Below are positions 26,160 to 38,445 of a DNA stretch of 64,000 nucleotides, in pieces. Position numbers and translations under genes: made by a program. Each line of letters starts with the position of its first letter. The first letter of the stretch is position 1. Origin of the DNA: Malacoraja senta (taxonomy: Eukaryota); the NCBI GenBank assembly GCA_038087875.1, contig CM075991.1, positions 8,868,001 to 8,932,000 of the forward strand, written 5' to 3'. The notes below the pieces were generated by a model. The model saw only the letters and a program-made list of their open reading frames with translations, was not told the DNA's origin and did no database searches.

Positions 26160-26612
26160 TCATGTTCATACGTTCTAGGAGTAGAATTAGGCCATTCGGC
26201 CCATCAAGTCTACTCTGCCGATAGACAAGAAATGCTGGAGTAAGTCAGCGGGTCGGACAGCATCTCTGGAGGGAAGGAATAGGTGACGTTTCGGGTCGAG
26301 ACCCTTCTTCTCCAAGTCTACTCAATCATATCTGATCTATCTCTCCCTCCTAACCCCATTCTCCTGCCTTCTCCTCATAACCCCTGACACCCGCACTGAT
26401 CAAGAATTTGTCAATCTCCACCTTAGAAACATCCATTGACTTGGCCTCCACGGCCGTCTGTCTACAGATTCAACAGCCTATGACTAAAGAAATTCCTCCT
26501 CATCTCCTTTCTAAAGGTACGTCCTTTTATTCTGAGGCTGTGGCCGCTGGTCCTAGACTCACCCACTAGTGGAAACATCCACTGCACATTCACCCTATCC
26601 AGGGCTTTCATT
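26160..26612 (-). mobile_element. CR1 3' end with a nested Penelope-terminus fragment
   Basis: CR1 tail and ORF end; insertion about 26221-26312 near a duplicated CAAGTCTACTC. Confidence 0.75.
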
Positions 26613-27387
26613 ATTCAAAATAAAGGTTGCTGAATTTCCAATATATCTCATATATCACAAACTCTCATGGTCCAAACTCCATTGCTCAGCATGCAACCCT
26701 GACCGATATCAATAAGGAATTTCCTGATTAGTACGGGTGTCAGGGGTTATGGGGAGAAGGCAGGGGAATGGGGTTCGGAGGGAGAGATAGATCAGCCATG
26801 ATTGAATGGCAGAGTAGACTTGATGGGTCGAACGGCCTAATTCTATTCCTATTCCTTTTGACCTTATGAGTGTCTTTTACTTCACAGGAAGCTAGTCCAG
26901 AGAGTTGTAGGTCTGTGAGCTGCCCTCCTTGAAACTTCAAAACACCATTTGATAAAAATTTGAAGAAGGGTCTCAACCTGAAAAGTCACCTATTCCTTTT
27001 CTCCAGAGATGTTGTCTGACCCACTGAGCTCCTCCAGCCTTTGAGTCCATCTTATATTTGATAATCCCACATGTTTAACACGAGCAGACATTCAAAGCAT
27101 CACTATCAGGTTTTCACACTCTTCCCAGGACAATCTTTGCAGCAATTGAATTGCCTCTGAAGAAAATCCTCCTGCAAAATAATACACAATGGGCTCCTGC
27201 AATACTGGTAAGTGTCACTCTGCAGTGAAAAAAGCAAAGAGCTGGTAAAAAGCCCAATATTGATTTACCTAATACTGTAATCCCAAACACCCTGATAGCA
27301 TTCAGTTTATCTCTCTGCATTTATCACATGGATATATATTTCTCAAGAGTCTCACAATGGTCTGAGATCTCTCTGCCCCATTTCCAA

Positions 27388-28060
27388 GAAGATAGACACA
27401 CAATGCTGGAGTAACTCAGCGGGACAGCATCTCTGGAGAGAAGAAATGGGTGACGTTTTGGGTCGAGACCCTTCTTCTGACTGTGATGTAGAGAGATATA
27501 GAACAAATGAATGTCCTCCTAATAGATAAATTTGACCAATTCACAACGAGTTGGTCTCCATTTGACGTCTTTTTGGAACCATATGGTGCAACATAATTGT
27601 AAAAGCTAACTCGTGAGGGATGGTCAAGATTATAAATAAGATCTTTTTCCTTTTTCTCCCTTTTCTTCTTTTATTCTCTTTTTCCTATTTTCTATTCTTT
27701 AACTTTCTTCTTTCACTTTCTATTTTTCTTTTCCACACACTATATATATCTCACATTTTTCTCTACCTCATTATCTAATTTTTTTTAATTTTTTTTCTTT
27801 ATTATAAAAAAATATAAGAAGCTGTACATAAAATGTATTATGAAAATATGATTGTATACAATTGTACTTACTTCTAATAAAATAAAAATATTATAAAAAA
27901 AAGGACAACTGAATGAAAGATATGCAAAAAAGTTATGACGATAAAGGAATCAGGCCATTGTTCGCTGTTTGCTAGGTGAGAACGAGAAGCTGGTGCGACT
28001 TGAGTGGGGGAGGGATGGAGAGAGAGGGAATGCAGGTGTTATTTGAAGTTAGAATAAATA
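27388..28060 (-). mobile_element. Penelope-like pseudo-LTR, interrupted by L1
   Basis: Reverse relative of the 60242-60622 repeat, including the hammerhead-like region. Confidence 0.7.
27514..27902 (+). mobile_element. L1 LINE 3' end
   Basis: LLIDKFDQFTTSWSPFDVFLEPYGAT*, T-rich UTR, AATAAA, A tail; imperfect TSD GAACAAATGAATG / GGACAACTGAATG. Confidence 0.75.
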
Positions 28061-28554
28061 CTGTAAGTCTGTTGTCCCTACCCCAACGTTATTCTATGCG
28101 AATGGTCTTTTAGCTACTTTCTCGGTTTGGGATCTATTATATAATTGAGATTTGACTAATAAACACCAACCTTGTCAGTAATGTCTACATTCTGTGAACA
28201 AATAAATTAAAACAAATACACTACACTAGTGTGTTGGCGTTTAATCAAAAATGATTGATATGGGATTTGAACACTAACTCGTAATCGTGAGGTAGTGGAA
28301 TTGCCAATGGGCCATATATATAGCTAACATTTTGTAGAGCTTGCAGTGAAATCAAATGTGGTGTTTTTCCCACCTCTCTATCTCCTAATTTACTGCAGTG
28401 GTGGTTTGGGAACAGAAGTTAAATAGGTTAATCTAAAACATTCATCTAATCTTGTATAAATCTAAGCTATGCAGGTTTGGAACCGGCTGCTAACATTCCA
28501 TAGCAGATGCTATCTACTTGCTCCATCTAGACATTTCCTGCATTTGTAACGAGC

Positions 28555-28845
28555 TTAGTTTAGTTTTGAGATACATCGCAGAAGCATCACTGAGTCCGCG
28601 CCGACCAGTGATCCCCACACATTAACACTACCCCCACACACACTAGGGGCAATATACATTTACTCCAAGCCAATTAACCTACAAACCTGTATGTCTTTGG
28701 AGTGTGGGAAGAAACCAGTGCACCTGGGGAAAATCCATGGGTCACAGGGAGAATGTACAAACTCCGTACAGACAGCACCCGTAGTCAGGATCGAACCCGG
28801 GTCTCTGGTGCTGTAAGGCAGCAACTCTACCGCTGCGCCACTGAC
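28555..28845 (-). mobile_element. HE1-like V-SINE
   Basis: Full reverse copy. Confidence 0.85.
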
Positions 28846-29069
28846 TTAAAACATTCTGGTGAGGAGTTTTTGATTTCCAACATGAACTTTGTTTCTCTTG
28901 CCGCAGATGCTGCCTGACCAACTGGGTGTTTCCTGCATTCTCAATTTTTTTTTATTTCTTCTAAATGTTCTTGCTAAATTCTGCCAGGCGAGCTTTCCTT
29001 CTGACAAGCACACTGATCTCAGTGACCAAAGCGTACCCTTGTATCCCACAGCCCCACCTTGACGTTAGG

Positions 29070-29640
29070 CTTTCGAGATCCAGCATGGAGACACGCCCTT
29101 CGGCCCACTGAGTCTGCGCTGACCAGTGATCTCCCTCTACACTACCACTATCCTACACATTAGGGATAATTAACTGGAGACAATTAATCCACAAATCTGC
29201 ACGTCTCTGGAAGTGAACCGGAGTACCCGGAGAAAACCCACACGGTCACAGGAAGAAGGTACAAACTCCAGTGATACCCACACAATGTCACTATCCTACC
29301 CACACGAAGGACGATTTTTATATTTACACCAAGCCAATTAACCTACAAACCTGAACACCTTTGGAGTGTGGGAGGAAACCGGATCACCCGGGGAAAACCC
29401 ACGCAGGTCACGGGGAGAGAGTACAAACTCTGTATGGACAGCATCTATATTCAGGATCGTACCCAGGTCTCCAGCGCTGTAAGGCAGCGTCTTTTGGGAA
29501 AAATGCGAAATGTTTTTTTGGGATGTGGGAGGAAACCAGAGCTCCCTGCACCGTGATAAGGAGACTGCACAAATTCCACACAAGAAGGACCAGAGGTCAG
29601 GATTGAACCCAGGTGACTGGTGCTGTGAGATAGCAACTCT
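29070..29640 (-). mobile_element. cluster of three partial HE1-like SINEs
   Basis: Three successive V-domain fragments at about 29070, 29280 and 29515. Confidence 0.7.
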
Positions 29641-29779
29641 GCTGGCTGGCGCTTCGGTGCCTCCATTTGCATCAGTTGTTACCCGAGGCATTGCCTCTGG
29701 CAGGGACAGCTACACCATCCAAGTCACAAAACACGTCCATGCTGTGTCTATAAATCGCTCCTCTCACTGGCTGCATTGG

Positions 29780-29980
29780 GAGAGCTTTTACTTATTAATT
29801 AGAAGGCTGTGGGTTCAAATCCCACTTCAGAGCATTCAGGATTAAACTCTCGGCTGCTGGTACAAACATTTTAAACATTAATCTGAAGTGTGTCTGTTCT
29901 CTCAGGTAGATTTAAAAATAAACCATTCAAGGACATTTACTTCTCGGAAAGGGGGGAGAGTTCTCCACGGTGTTGACGTG
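29780..29980 (+). mobile_element. ancient DeuSINE (SacSINE1-like) relic
   Basis: AGAAGGCTGTGGGTTCAAATCCCACTTCAGAG head and CTCTCAGGTAGATTTAAAA..GAGTTCTCCACGGTGT, resembling the Deu domain; related relics at 43290-43400, 49565-49930 and 38625-38760 (-). Confidence 0.5.
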
Positions 29981-30338
29981 AGCACACCTTGAACACTGTA
30001 CGCTGTTTTAATCTCCGTATTCTCAGAGGGTTTAGTTTGGATTGCAGGCAGTATAAAGAAGATTCGCCGAGCTTATTCCTGAGATGAAGGAGGTGCCGAA
30101 CAAGGAATCGTTGAGCAGGGTTGGCTGATACATACCGTGATTTTAAACAAAAATGAATTAGGTTTTGAGAACATTGATAGGCACAAACCTGGAGTCATAG
30201 AGTGGTACAGCTGGTGTGGACAAGCCCAACTTGTCCACACCAGCCAACATGTCCCAGCTGCACTAGTCCCACCTGCCCTCCAAACCTGTCCGATCCATGT
30301 ACCTGTCTAAGTGTTTCTTAAACATTGGGATCGTCCCA

Positions 30339-30597
30339 TTCACAGAGAGTGGTGAGTCTGTGGAATTCTCTGCTTCAGAGGCAGGTTCTCTGGATGCTTT
30401 CAAGAGAGAGCTAGATCGGGCTCTTAAAAATAGCGGAGTCAGGGGATATGGGGAAAAGGCAGGGACGGGGTACTGATTGGGGATGATCAGCCATGATCAC
30501 ATTGAATGGCGGTGCTGGCTCGAAGGGCCGAATGGCCTACTCCTGCACCTATTGTCTATTGTCTATTGTCTATTGTCTATTGTCTATTGTCTATTGT
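30339..30597 (+). mobile_element. CR1 3' end nested in an opposite-strand CR1 (30195-30705)
   Basis: VVSLWNSL region and (TATTGTC)n tail; same subfamily as 41409-42031. Confidence 0.8.
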
Positions 30598-31016
30598 CCC
30601 TGCCACAACTACCTCCTCTGGCAGCTTTTTCTATACACCCACCACCCTTTGTGTGAAAAAGTTACCCCTCAGGTTCCTGTTAAATCTTTTCCCCTTCACC
30701 TTAAACACCATTACACCACCCTGGAGATGTTGGAAAACTAAAATATAAGCTGGACATAGTCAGCAGGTCAGGCTGCAGTTGTGGAAAGAGCTGAAATATT
30801 CACTCTATGCAGACGCTGGCTGACCTGCTGAGCATTTCCAGCATATCTGCTTTTCGTAGCGGAATGAATAATAATTCCTCTAACGTCAAGTAACCCTTGC
30901 TTCACGTTCAGCTGAGATGCTGCCTGACCCATTGTTACTCCATCACTTTGAGACCTTTCGTGTAAACCAGCATCTGCAATTCAGTGAAGAAACAAAGGGA
31001 AGATGCAGGTTTTATA

Positions 31017-31430
31017 CCTTCTTCCTTGTGTCCAGCCGTCTTCTATATCACATCTTTACAGTGGTTGGCGCAGGCGAGCGCAGCGGCATTTGGTTCGGCC
31101 AGGTCATCTTCGGTACATTGTGGAGCTTGGCTACATCTCATGATGTGTTCCATGATTTGGGATTTGCCACACACACACACACACACGCATGCATCGGATG
31201 TTGTTATTTTCCATTTCTTCGTGGACACCTTGCAGCGTCCTTCGCCGACCCGCAGGCGGCTCAGTGTTTTCCAGACAGCCCAAGGTTGATCTCACGTGGC
31301 CGGTAGCGAGGCATTCGTCTGGGGGTGATGCCTCTCTCCATCCATTGGGTTGTCTGGCTGCCAAGGCTGCTCCACTGGTTCTGCCATTCAGTAATCCTGG
31401 CATCAGTTGGGGTGGCCTCCAGTCCTTCAG
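31017..31430 (-). mobile_element. Ingi/Vingi-like LINE 3' fragment
   Basis: WAVWKTLSRLRVGEGRCKVSTKKWK..C.CGKSQIMEHIMRC..CTEDDL..ALACANH, a CCHC-type C-terminus; tail GGACACAAGGAAGAAG. Confidence 0.65.
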
Positions 31431-31497
31431 TCTCTATACCAAAGAGAGACACAAAATGCTGAAGTAACTCGGCGGGTCTAAAGAAGGGTGCTGAATT

Positions 31498-32540
31498 TAG
31501 GTATGTTACAAAACTTACCTTCAGTCGCGCTGTAATTCTGCCACTGGCCGTGTGCGCGATTTTGGCACCTTTAAGGGGGGGGGGCGGGGTTAAAACGCGG
31601 TTTCTCCTCCCTTGTCCTGAATTATATTTCGTTGGAGTACAAGCGTTGGCTGAAGAATCGTTCTTAGCGACGTTTTGTGAATTTTTTATTTTTATTAAAT
31701 CGTCAATGTCAGCGCTAGAGTAATTTTAAAAGCAGCTCCTGAAGCGTCAACGCCGATAACGGGGACAGATTTCACACACGGGACAGGTAAACGAAAGTGG
31801 TTTCTTTAAATGTATAAAAGTGCTTCTTAAGAAGCCTTTAATTCACATTTTTTCATGCGACACGGTGATTTTATTCCCCGAACTAACGGCAGTATTTTTC
31901 ATGCCAATACGGGGTTAAATTCACCGCAAATGAACGTTCCAAAAGATCGCATTCCAGAAATCCTCACTCGCAAGATGATTTAAATGCCCATTAATTTACA
32001 GGTATTAAACATTCAATTCCTTCCATTTGGCCTGTAAATTCATGAAAATGAGATTTAAAAATTATGTTATATTGTGAATTATTGTGTGAATGTTATTTGG
32101 ACACTTAGGCTATTTAAAAATGTTAATCTATTCTTAAGAAATTGATAGATGTTTAGATCTAGTAATTGAATTTTGTAATTAGCTACAATTAGGTAACTAA
32201 CTAATTATATGCTTTACTTTCATGTCTTCTAAGTAAGATTGTTTCATACTTGTTTCAGAATGCTTCAATCTATAATAACTGAAAATTTCTTTCAGTTATC
32301 TTAATTTTTAAGAAAGTTATGGGCTTTTAACTGTCCTCGATCACAGCTTTTGTGTTAAGTCAATGGAAAAGCAATAGGGAACAAGATGCTAATTTCCGAG
32401 TATGAAAATGGCCATAACTTCTTTAATACTGAAGATATGAAAGTGAATTAGGTGTCAAATTAAACTTCTTTTTATGCTTTATCTGATGGGATAAATTGCA
32501 GACTTTATTTTTAAAATCTCAAAATTTTGTAACATTACTA
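31498..32540. mobile_element. non-autonomous DNA transposon with TAG..CTA termini and 7-bp TSD (hAT-like)
   Basis: TIRs TAGGTATGTTACAAAA / TTTTGTAACATTACTA; exact TSD CTGAATT (31491-31497 / 32541-32547); no transposase ORF. Confidence 0.75.
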
Positions 32541-32907
32541 CTGAATTGAAACGTCTCATTGCTTTGTTCTCCAGAGATGCCACCTGATTTAAAGTACTCC
32601 AACGCTTTGTATCTACCTGCAGTTCCTTGTTTCCACCAGAAGGCATAGGTTTGAATAAGAACTAAGAGTTTTAGGGGGGAATATGAGGAAGATGTTGATG
32701 AGTGAGAGGATGGATGAAATGTGAAACAAACTGCCTGACCGGGTGTTGGTGGCAGATGCTCTCACAACATTTAAGAACTATCTCGGTGATCACTTAAATC
32801 ACCAAATCATTGTAGGCTTATGGGTCAAGTGCTGGGAAATGGGATGGGTCAGCATGAATGTGATGGGCAGAAAAGCCTGCTTCTGTGCTGGAAAACTCTA
32901 CAACGTT

Positions 32908-33135
32908 TGAATGAATGAATGAATGAATGAATGAATGAATGAATACTTTATTGTATTGACAAGTCACAGTGAAATTCTATAATTGCACACCCAAGGTATG
33001 CAAATAGTGGCCGCATAAAGGACACTGACAAAGTTACAAAGTATCCCGCTCCAGACCATTTTGGTACTCCCCCTCCACCCCCCCACCCCCCCTCCCACAT
33101 GGCGGTCCATCCATGCCGTGTCCTCCTTTGTTCCG
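32908..33135 (-). mobile_element. retroelement 3' end with (ATTC)n tail
   Basis: Second copy at 20500-20522 + 21074-21260, split by a MITE. Confidence 0.55.
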
Positions 33136-33205
33136 GCGGCGCAATCTCTGGCTCTGTCCAACGCAGGTTAGCTGACTTCTCCCAAAAAGAGCATTGTTGA
33201 CAGGC

Positions 33206-33271
33206 GGCCCCATAGCAGAAGTGTCCACGTCGCAGGGCTGGAAACTGGACGTATCCCGAGCTAATTCTGCT
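33206..33271 (+). ncRNA. HDV-like self-cleaving ribozyme (predicted)
   Basis: P1 GGCCCC/AGGGCT, P2 AGCAGAA/TTCTGCT, P3 GTG/CGC, L3 TCCACGT, P1.1 CC/GG, P4 GGA-CGTA-TCC, J4/2 CTAA, all in the correct nested double-pseudoknot order. Confidence 0.75.
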
Positions 33272-33396
33272 GCCACCATCATCTATTGCGACAAGTGATG
33301 GCTCCCACTGATTGTCGCCGGAAGCTTGCGTCCTTTTCAGGACGGACGATGGCAGCGAGGTCAACATTTGTAACAAGATGGACACGAAAAGAAGAA
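33206..33396 (+). mobile_element. short non-autonomous Ingi/Vingi-derived element beginning with an HDV-like ribozyme
   Basis: TSD GTTGACAGGC (33196-33205) / GTTGCAGGC (33397-33405); tail GGACACGAAAAGAAGAAG like the Vingi-like LINE ends in this window. Confidence 0.7.
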
Positions 33397-33435
33397 GTTG
33401 CAGGCAATGGATTAGAGGCTAATCACATACATAAT

Positions 33436-33780
33436 AGAGTGGATCGGGTGGATGTGGAGAGGATATTTCCACTAGTGCGATAGTCTAGGACTAGAGGTCA
33501 CAGCCTCAGAATTAAAGGACGCTTTTTTCGGCAGGAGATGAGAAGAAATTTCTTTAGTCAGAGGGTGGTGAATCTAAGGAATTCATTGCCACAGAAGGCT
33601 GTGGAGGACAAGTCAGTGGATATTTTTAAGGCAGAGATAGATAGATTTTTGATTAGTACAGGTGTCAGAGGTTATGGGGAGAAGGCAGGAGAATGGGGTT
33701 AGGAGGGAGTGATAGATCAGCCATGATTGAATGGCGGAGTAGACTTGATGGGCCGAATGGCCTAATTCTACTCCTATTCC
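33436..33780 (+). mobile_element. CR1 3' end
   Basis: DRVDVERIFPLV..SRTRGHSLRIKG..RNFFSQRVVNL plus tail. Confidence 0.85.
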
Positions 33781-33914
33781 ATTTGTCCTTGACAGGCAAT
33801 GTATTAGGGGCAAAATAGGCAATCACATACACGATATGAAAGTAACATACACTAAATCAAATTAGATTTGTAAAGAAACTACTTAACTTTTTCTAAACTT
33901 GACAGAGTTCACTA

Positions 33915-34597
33915 AGGCAGTATGGTGGTGCAGCGGTAAAGCCTGAGCGGCGGGCTGCCCGTAGCGGCGATTGCGGAGGCCCCAGCCACGGGTAAACATC
34001 AAGGAAGATGACTGACTTTGGTGCCTTCACTCAAAGTGGGAGACTTTTGATTCTGCTGTGTGGGGATGTTTTATGTTGAACTCTATCAACTCTATGGTAC
34101 ACAAAAATGCTGGAGAAACTCAGCGGGTGCAGCAGCATCTATGGAGCGAAGGAAATAGGCAACGTTTCGGGCGAAAACCCTTCTTCAGACTCTATCAACT
34201 CTATGTTGTGTCCAATTTTATGGAATGGCTGTATGGTGATCACATTTCACTGTGCCAACCGGCACATGTAACAAATAAATATATCTTGTATCTTGTATCT
34301 TGTAAGTTGCTGCCTTGCAACACTTACTGCGCCGGAGACCCGGGTTCGATCCTGACTACAGGTGCTGTCCATCTGGAGTTTGCACGTTCTCCCCGTGACC
34401 TTCGTGGGTTTTCTCCGAGAACTTCGGAATCTTCCCTCACTCCAAAGACCTACAGGTTTGTAGATTAATTGGCTTGTTATGAGTGTACAATGGCCCTAGT
34501 GTGTGTAGGATAGTGTTAGTGTGCGGGCATCACTGGTCGGTGCGGATTCGGTGGGCTGAAGGGCCTATTTCCGCGCTGTATATCTAAACTAAACTAA
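33915..34597 (+). mobile_element. HE1-like SINE containing truncated GC-rich element copy G (33941-34301), itself containing a Penelope-terminus fragment (34097-34188)
   Basis: SINE head split at GCGGTAAAG/GTAAGTTGCTGCC; inner TSD ACTCTATCAACTCTATG (34080-34096 / 34189-34205). Confidence 0.75.
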
Positions 34598-36196
34598 TTA
34601 AAAAAATTGTCCTGTGAATCTCACCGGTGGAACGAGAAAGTGAGTTAACATTTCAAATTCTAACCCTATTGTCGGAGGTTAACTTTGTTTCTCTTTCCGC
34701 AGATGCTGCCTGACCTGCTGAGTGTTTCCACCATTTTTTAAAATTTTTGTTTCAGATTTTCAGAGTATGCAGGGTTTTCTGTCATTTTTGCACGGCAACT
34801 CAGGCGGCATGACCTTTGCATGCAGTAGTTTTGTTCAAAGTGAGCCAAAGGACATCCATTTTACAACAATCAGGATGTTTTGGCATGTCGGGGATAATAT
34901 CAAGGATATTAATTTGCAGTGACTGAACAAGTCAAGCTTGATTATATCAAATGACATTCCAGAATTCTTACTGGCTCAGGGGACCAAATTCCATTATTCT
35001 GTAAAAATTATAAATGAGTGGCCCTTATTGTATATTCTATTCCCTTATCAGTCACTTGTTTTTTATTTCATACCATTCGGATACCTGTGCAATGGAAAGA
35101 TGAACTCCTTCATACTCTTCTGCCTACATATACTTCCGTAACATCACATAACAAGGGCAGGTGCGTGCCATTGATGCAGTCTCACCTGGAAGCTTTTCAC
35201 TGTACCTCGGTATACGTGACAATAAACTAAATTAAACCAACTTCACATAAGTCCTAGGAGCAGAATTGGGCCATTCGGCCCATCAAGTCTACTCCACCAT
35301 TCAACCATGGCTGAGCTATCTTTCCCTCTCAACCCAATTCTCCTGCCTTCGTCCCACAATTGACTTGGCCTCCACAGCCGTCTGTGGCAATGAATTCCAC
35401 AGATTCACCGCCCTCCGACCAAAGATATTCCTCCACATCTCTTTCTAAAGGTACACCCTTTTATTCCACAGATTCGTCACCCATTTGGTGATGGATTCGA
35501 CTGGACGAATGCGGAGATAGGAAGGGATGAGCCCATGGAGGATTCGAAATAAAAGGGGGGAATTTTAACGTTGAACCATTCATCCTCAGCGGTGTCCTCC
35601 TGAAATCAGGCGGGCCCCATTACTGACAATCTTCCTTGACCCGTACTTTGAACATCCTGAAAATCTACACCTGACCCCTTTCCCTCCTACCGACCGCATC
35701 ATTGATTCAGTGGCCATTCGGAAGCTATTGAGCCTGAATTGGGTGTTGCTTCCACATTGAAGATGTTTCTATGAATCACAAGCTGCCAGCACATCAGTCC
35801 GCTGATTTTTTTTTTTACATCTCTTTTGATGTGGGGAAGAAAGGACATTATGACGATCAGCAGAGGAATGTATTCAAGAAAGTAATGTAACGCGTAAAAG
35901 CATAAAGGAAGACCTTGGATGCTTGGAGACCATTGTCTACGCTCCGTGATGTAGCAATAGGCCTGGAAGCATTGTAAAACCATACTGCTTTGGAAGAAGC
36001 AATAGCCAGAGCCATCTTGTTTAATTGCTTGCTATTTTTATAGACATTAGGGGGATATCTAGTTTAGTTTAGTTTATTGTCACGTGTACCGAGGTGCAGT
36101 GAAAATTCTTTTGTTGCGTGCTAACCAGTCAGCGGAAAGACAATACGTGATTACAATCACGCCATATACAGTGTACAGATACATGATAAGGGAATA

Positions 36197-36393
36197 TTTA
36201 GGAAGTAACTGCAGATGCTGGTTTAAACCGAAGATAGACACATAAAGCTGGAGTAACTCAGCAGGTCAGGCAGCATCTCCGGAGCGAAGGAATGGGTGAC
36301 GAAGAAGAGCCTCGACCCGAAACGTCACCCATGCCTTCCCTCCAGAGTTGCTGCCTGTCCCGCTGAGTTGCTCCAGCTTTTTGTGTCTATCTT
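36197..36393. mobile_element. Penelope-derived fold-back insertion
   Basis: Exact 15-bp TSD CATGATAAGGGAATA (36182-36196 / 36394-36408). Confidence 0.8.
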
Positions 36394-36458
36394 CATGATA
36401 AGGGAATAACATTTAGTGCAAGGTAAAGCCAGTAAAGTCTGATCAAGGATAGTCCGAG

Positions 36459-36917
36459 TGGATTGCAAGTATGTTGGATACCGCACATCTTGAGGAAATG
36501 CGATTCCTCCTAATAGTTAAATTTGACCAATTCATAACGAGTTGGTCTCCATTTGTCGTCCTTTTGGAAACATATGGTGCAACACAGGTGTAAAAGCTAA
36601 TCCGTGACTGGGTGAGGAATGGTGAAGTTTATAAATACGATCTCCTTCTCTTTCCTTTTTCTTCTCTTTTCTTCTTTTACTCTTTTTCTTCTATTTTCTA
36701 TTTCTTAACTTTCTTCTTTCAATCTCTATTTCTCTTTTTCACGCACTATATATCTCACACATTTCTATTCTTCATTATCTAATTTCTTTTTATTTTTCTT
36801 CTTTATTACAAAATTAAAAAAATAAGAAGCTGTACATAAAATGTATTATGAAAATATGATTGTATACAATTGTACTTACTTCTAATAAAAATAAATAATT
36901 AAATTAAAAAAAAAAAA
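36459..36917 (+). mobile_element. L1 LINE 3' end
   Basis: WIASMLDTAHLEEMRFLLIVKFDQFITSWSPFVVLLETYGATQV*, AATAAA, poly(A), 14-bp TSD AAGGATAGTCCGAG. Confidence 0.85.
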
Positions 36918-37908
36918 AAGGATAGTCCGAGGGTCGCCAATGAGGTAGATGGTAGTTCAGGACTGCTCTCTGGTTGTTGGTGGGATGGTTCAGTTGCCTG
37001 ATAACAACCGGGAAGAAACCTGTGCTGAATCTGGGTGTGTGCGTCATAGCCATGAACACTCACTGTTTGTACCATGATTTTATCTGATGGATTAACTCAC
37101 TGATAAACCCCCTGTTGGTTTGGCCCTTCAGATGGTCCCGTGATACACGATCTGAGTTGCAGAAACCGAGGTTGGATGCTAACGTGCACACTTTGCAGGA
37201 CGCAAAGAAAGGCTGGTTACCAAAGCATGCCATGTTTTCCTTATTAATTTATTTTTCCAGAGATCCACACCACAAGAGTTAATTGCAGCTCAGTGGTTGA
37301 TGTCCTGAATTGTTGTTTCGCCTCGTTCTGTACCGCTGATTCCTAGGTCAATGTTGCAGTGGTGTTTGTGGAGCCTCACAGCTCCAGGTAGCGGGGTTAA
37401 ATCCTGATCCTGGGTGCTCTCTGTGTGGAGTTTGCATGTTCTCCCTGTGGCCGCTTGGATTTCCTCTAGTGTGCCCCTTTCCTCCCACATTCCACGTACT
37501 CGCAAGTTGATCGGTTGGCTCGCCATTGTACTGTAGATTGTAAACCAAACTAAACTGAATAGGCAACTTTGTCCCACAATGTTTGTGCCAAACATGATGT
37601 CTAAAATACTCATCTCCCATCTGTCTGTACATAATTCTCCTTATCCCTTCATTCCCTGCACATCCATGTGCCCATCTAAAACCCTCTTAAACACCACTGT
37701 TGTATCTGCCTTGACCACCACCCCTGGCAACCTGCCGCACACATCTCCTTTCAACGTTGGCCTCTCACTTTAAAACCATGCCCTCGAGACTATGACATTT
37801 CTGACCTGGCAAAAACTCTGGCAACCTTGAGGTCAACGAAAACCACGAGAACATGAAGAAAAGATGATTAGCTCGCGAGTATCAACATTAGCATCCCTAA
37901 AGGGGAGA

Positions 37909-38445
37909 GAAGTCAAGTCAAGTGAGTTTATTGTCATGTGTCCCTGATAGGACAATGAAATTCTTGCTTTGCTTGAGCACAACAGAACATAGTAGGCATT
38001 TACTACAAGGCATTCTATAAATATATACACAATGGTCAATATACTGATAAAGTGCAAATAACAGTATTGGCTAGTAAAGTTCAGTGTTATGTCCGAGCCA
38101 GGTTTAATAGCCTGATGGCTGTGGGGAAGTAGATGTTCCTGAACCTGGTCGTTGCAGTCTTCAGGCTCCTGTACCTTCTACCTGAAGGTAGTAGGGAGAT
38201 GAGTGTGTGGCCAGGATGGTGTGGGTCCTTGATGATACTGCCAGCCTTTTTGAGGCAGCGACTGTGGTAGATCCCCTCGATGGAAGGGAGGTCAGAGCCG
38301 ATGATGGACTGGGCAGTGTTTACTACTTTTTGTAGTCTTTTCCTCTCCAGGGCACTCAAGTTGCTGAACCAAGCCACGATGCAACCGGTCAGCATGCTCT
38401 CTACTGTGCACCTGTAGAAGTTAGAGAGAGTCCTCCTTGACAAAT
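37909..38445 (-). mobile_element. Rex1/Babar LINE 3' fragment
   Basis: LSNFYRCTVESMLTGCIVAWF..RKRLQKVVNTAQSIIG..IIKDPHHPGH..LLPSGRRYRS..FPTAIRLLN; tail GACAATAAAC..(CTTGA)n. Confidence 0.9.

Larger units (their letters stand above)
36058..37035 (-). mobile_element. Rex1/Babar 3' end with two TSD-flanked insertions
   Basis: Collinear with 250-520 after removing 36197-36393 and 36459-36917. Confidence 0.75.
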
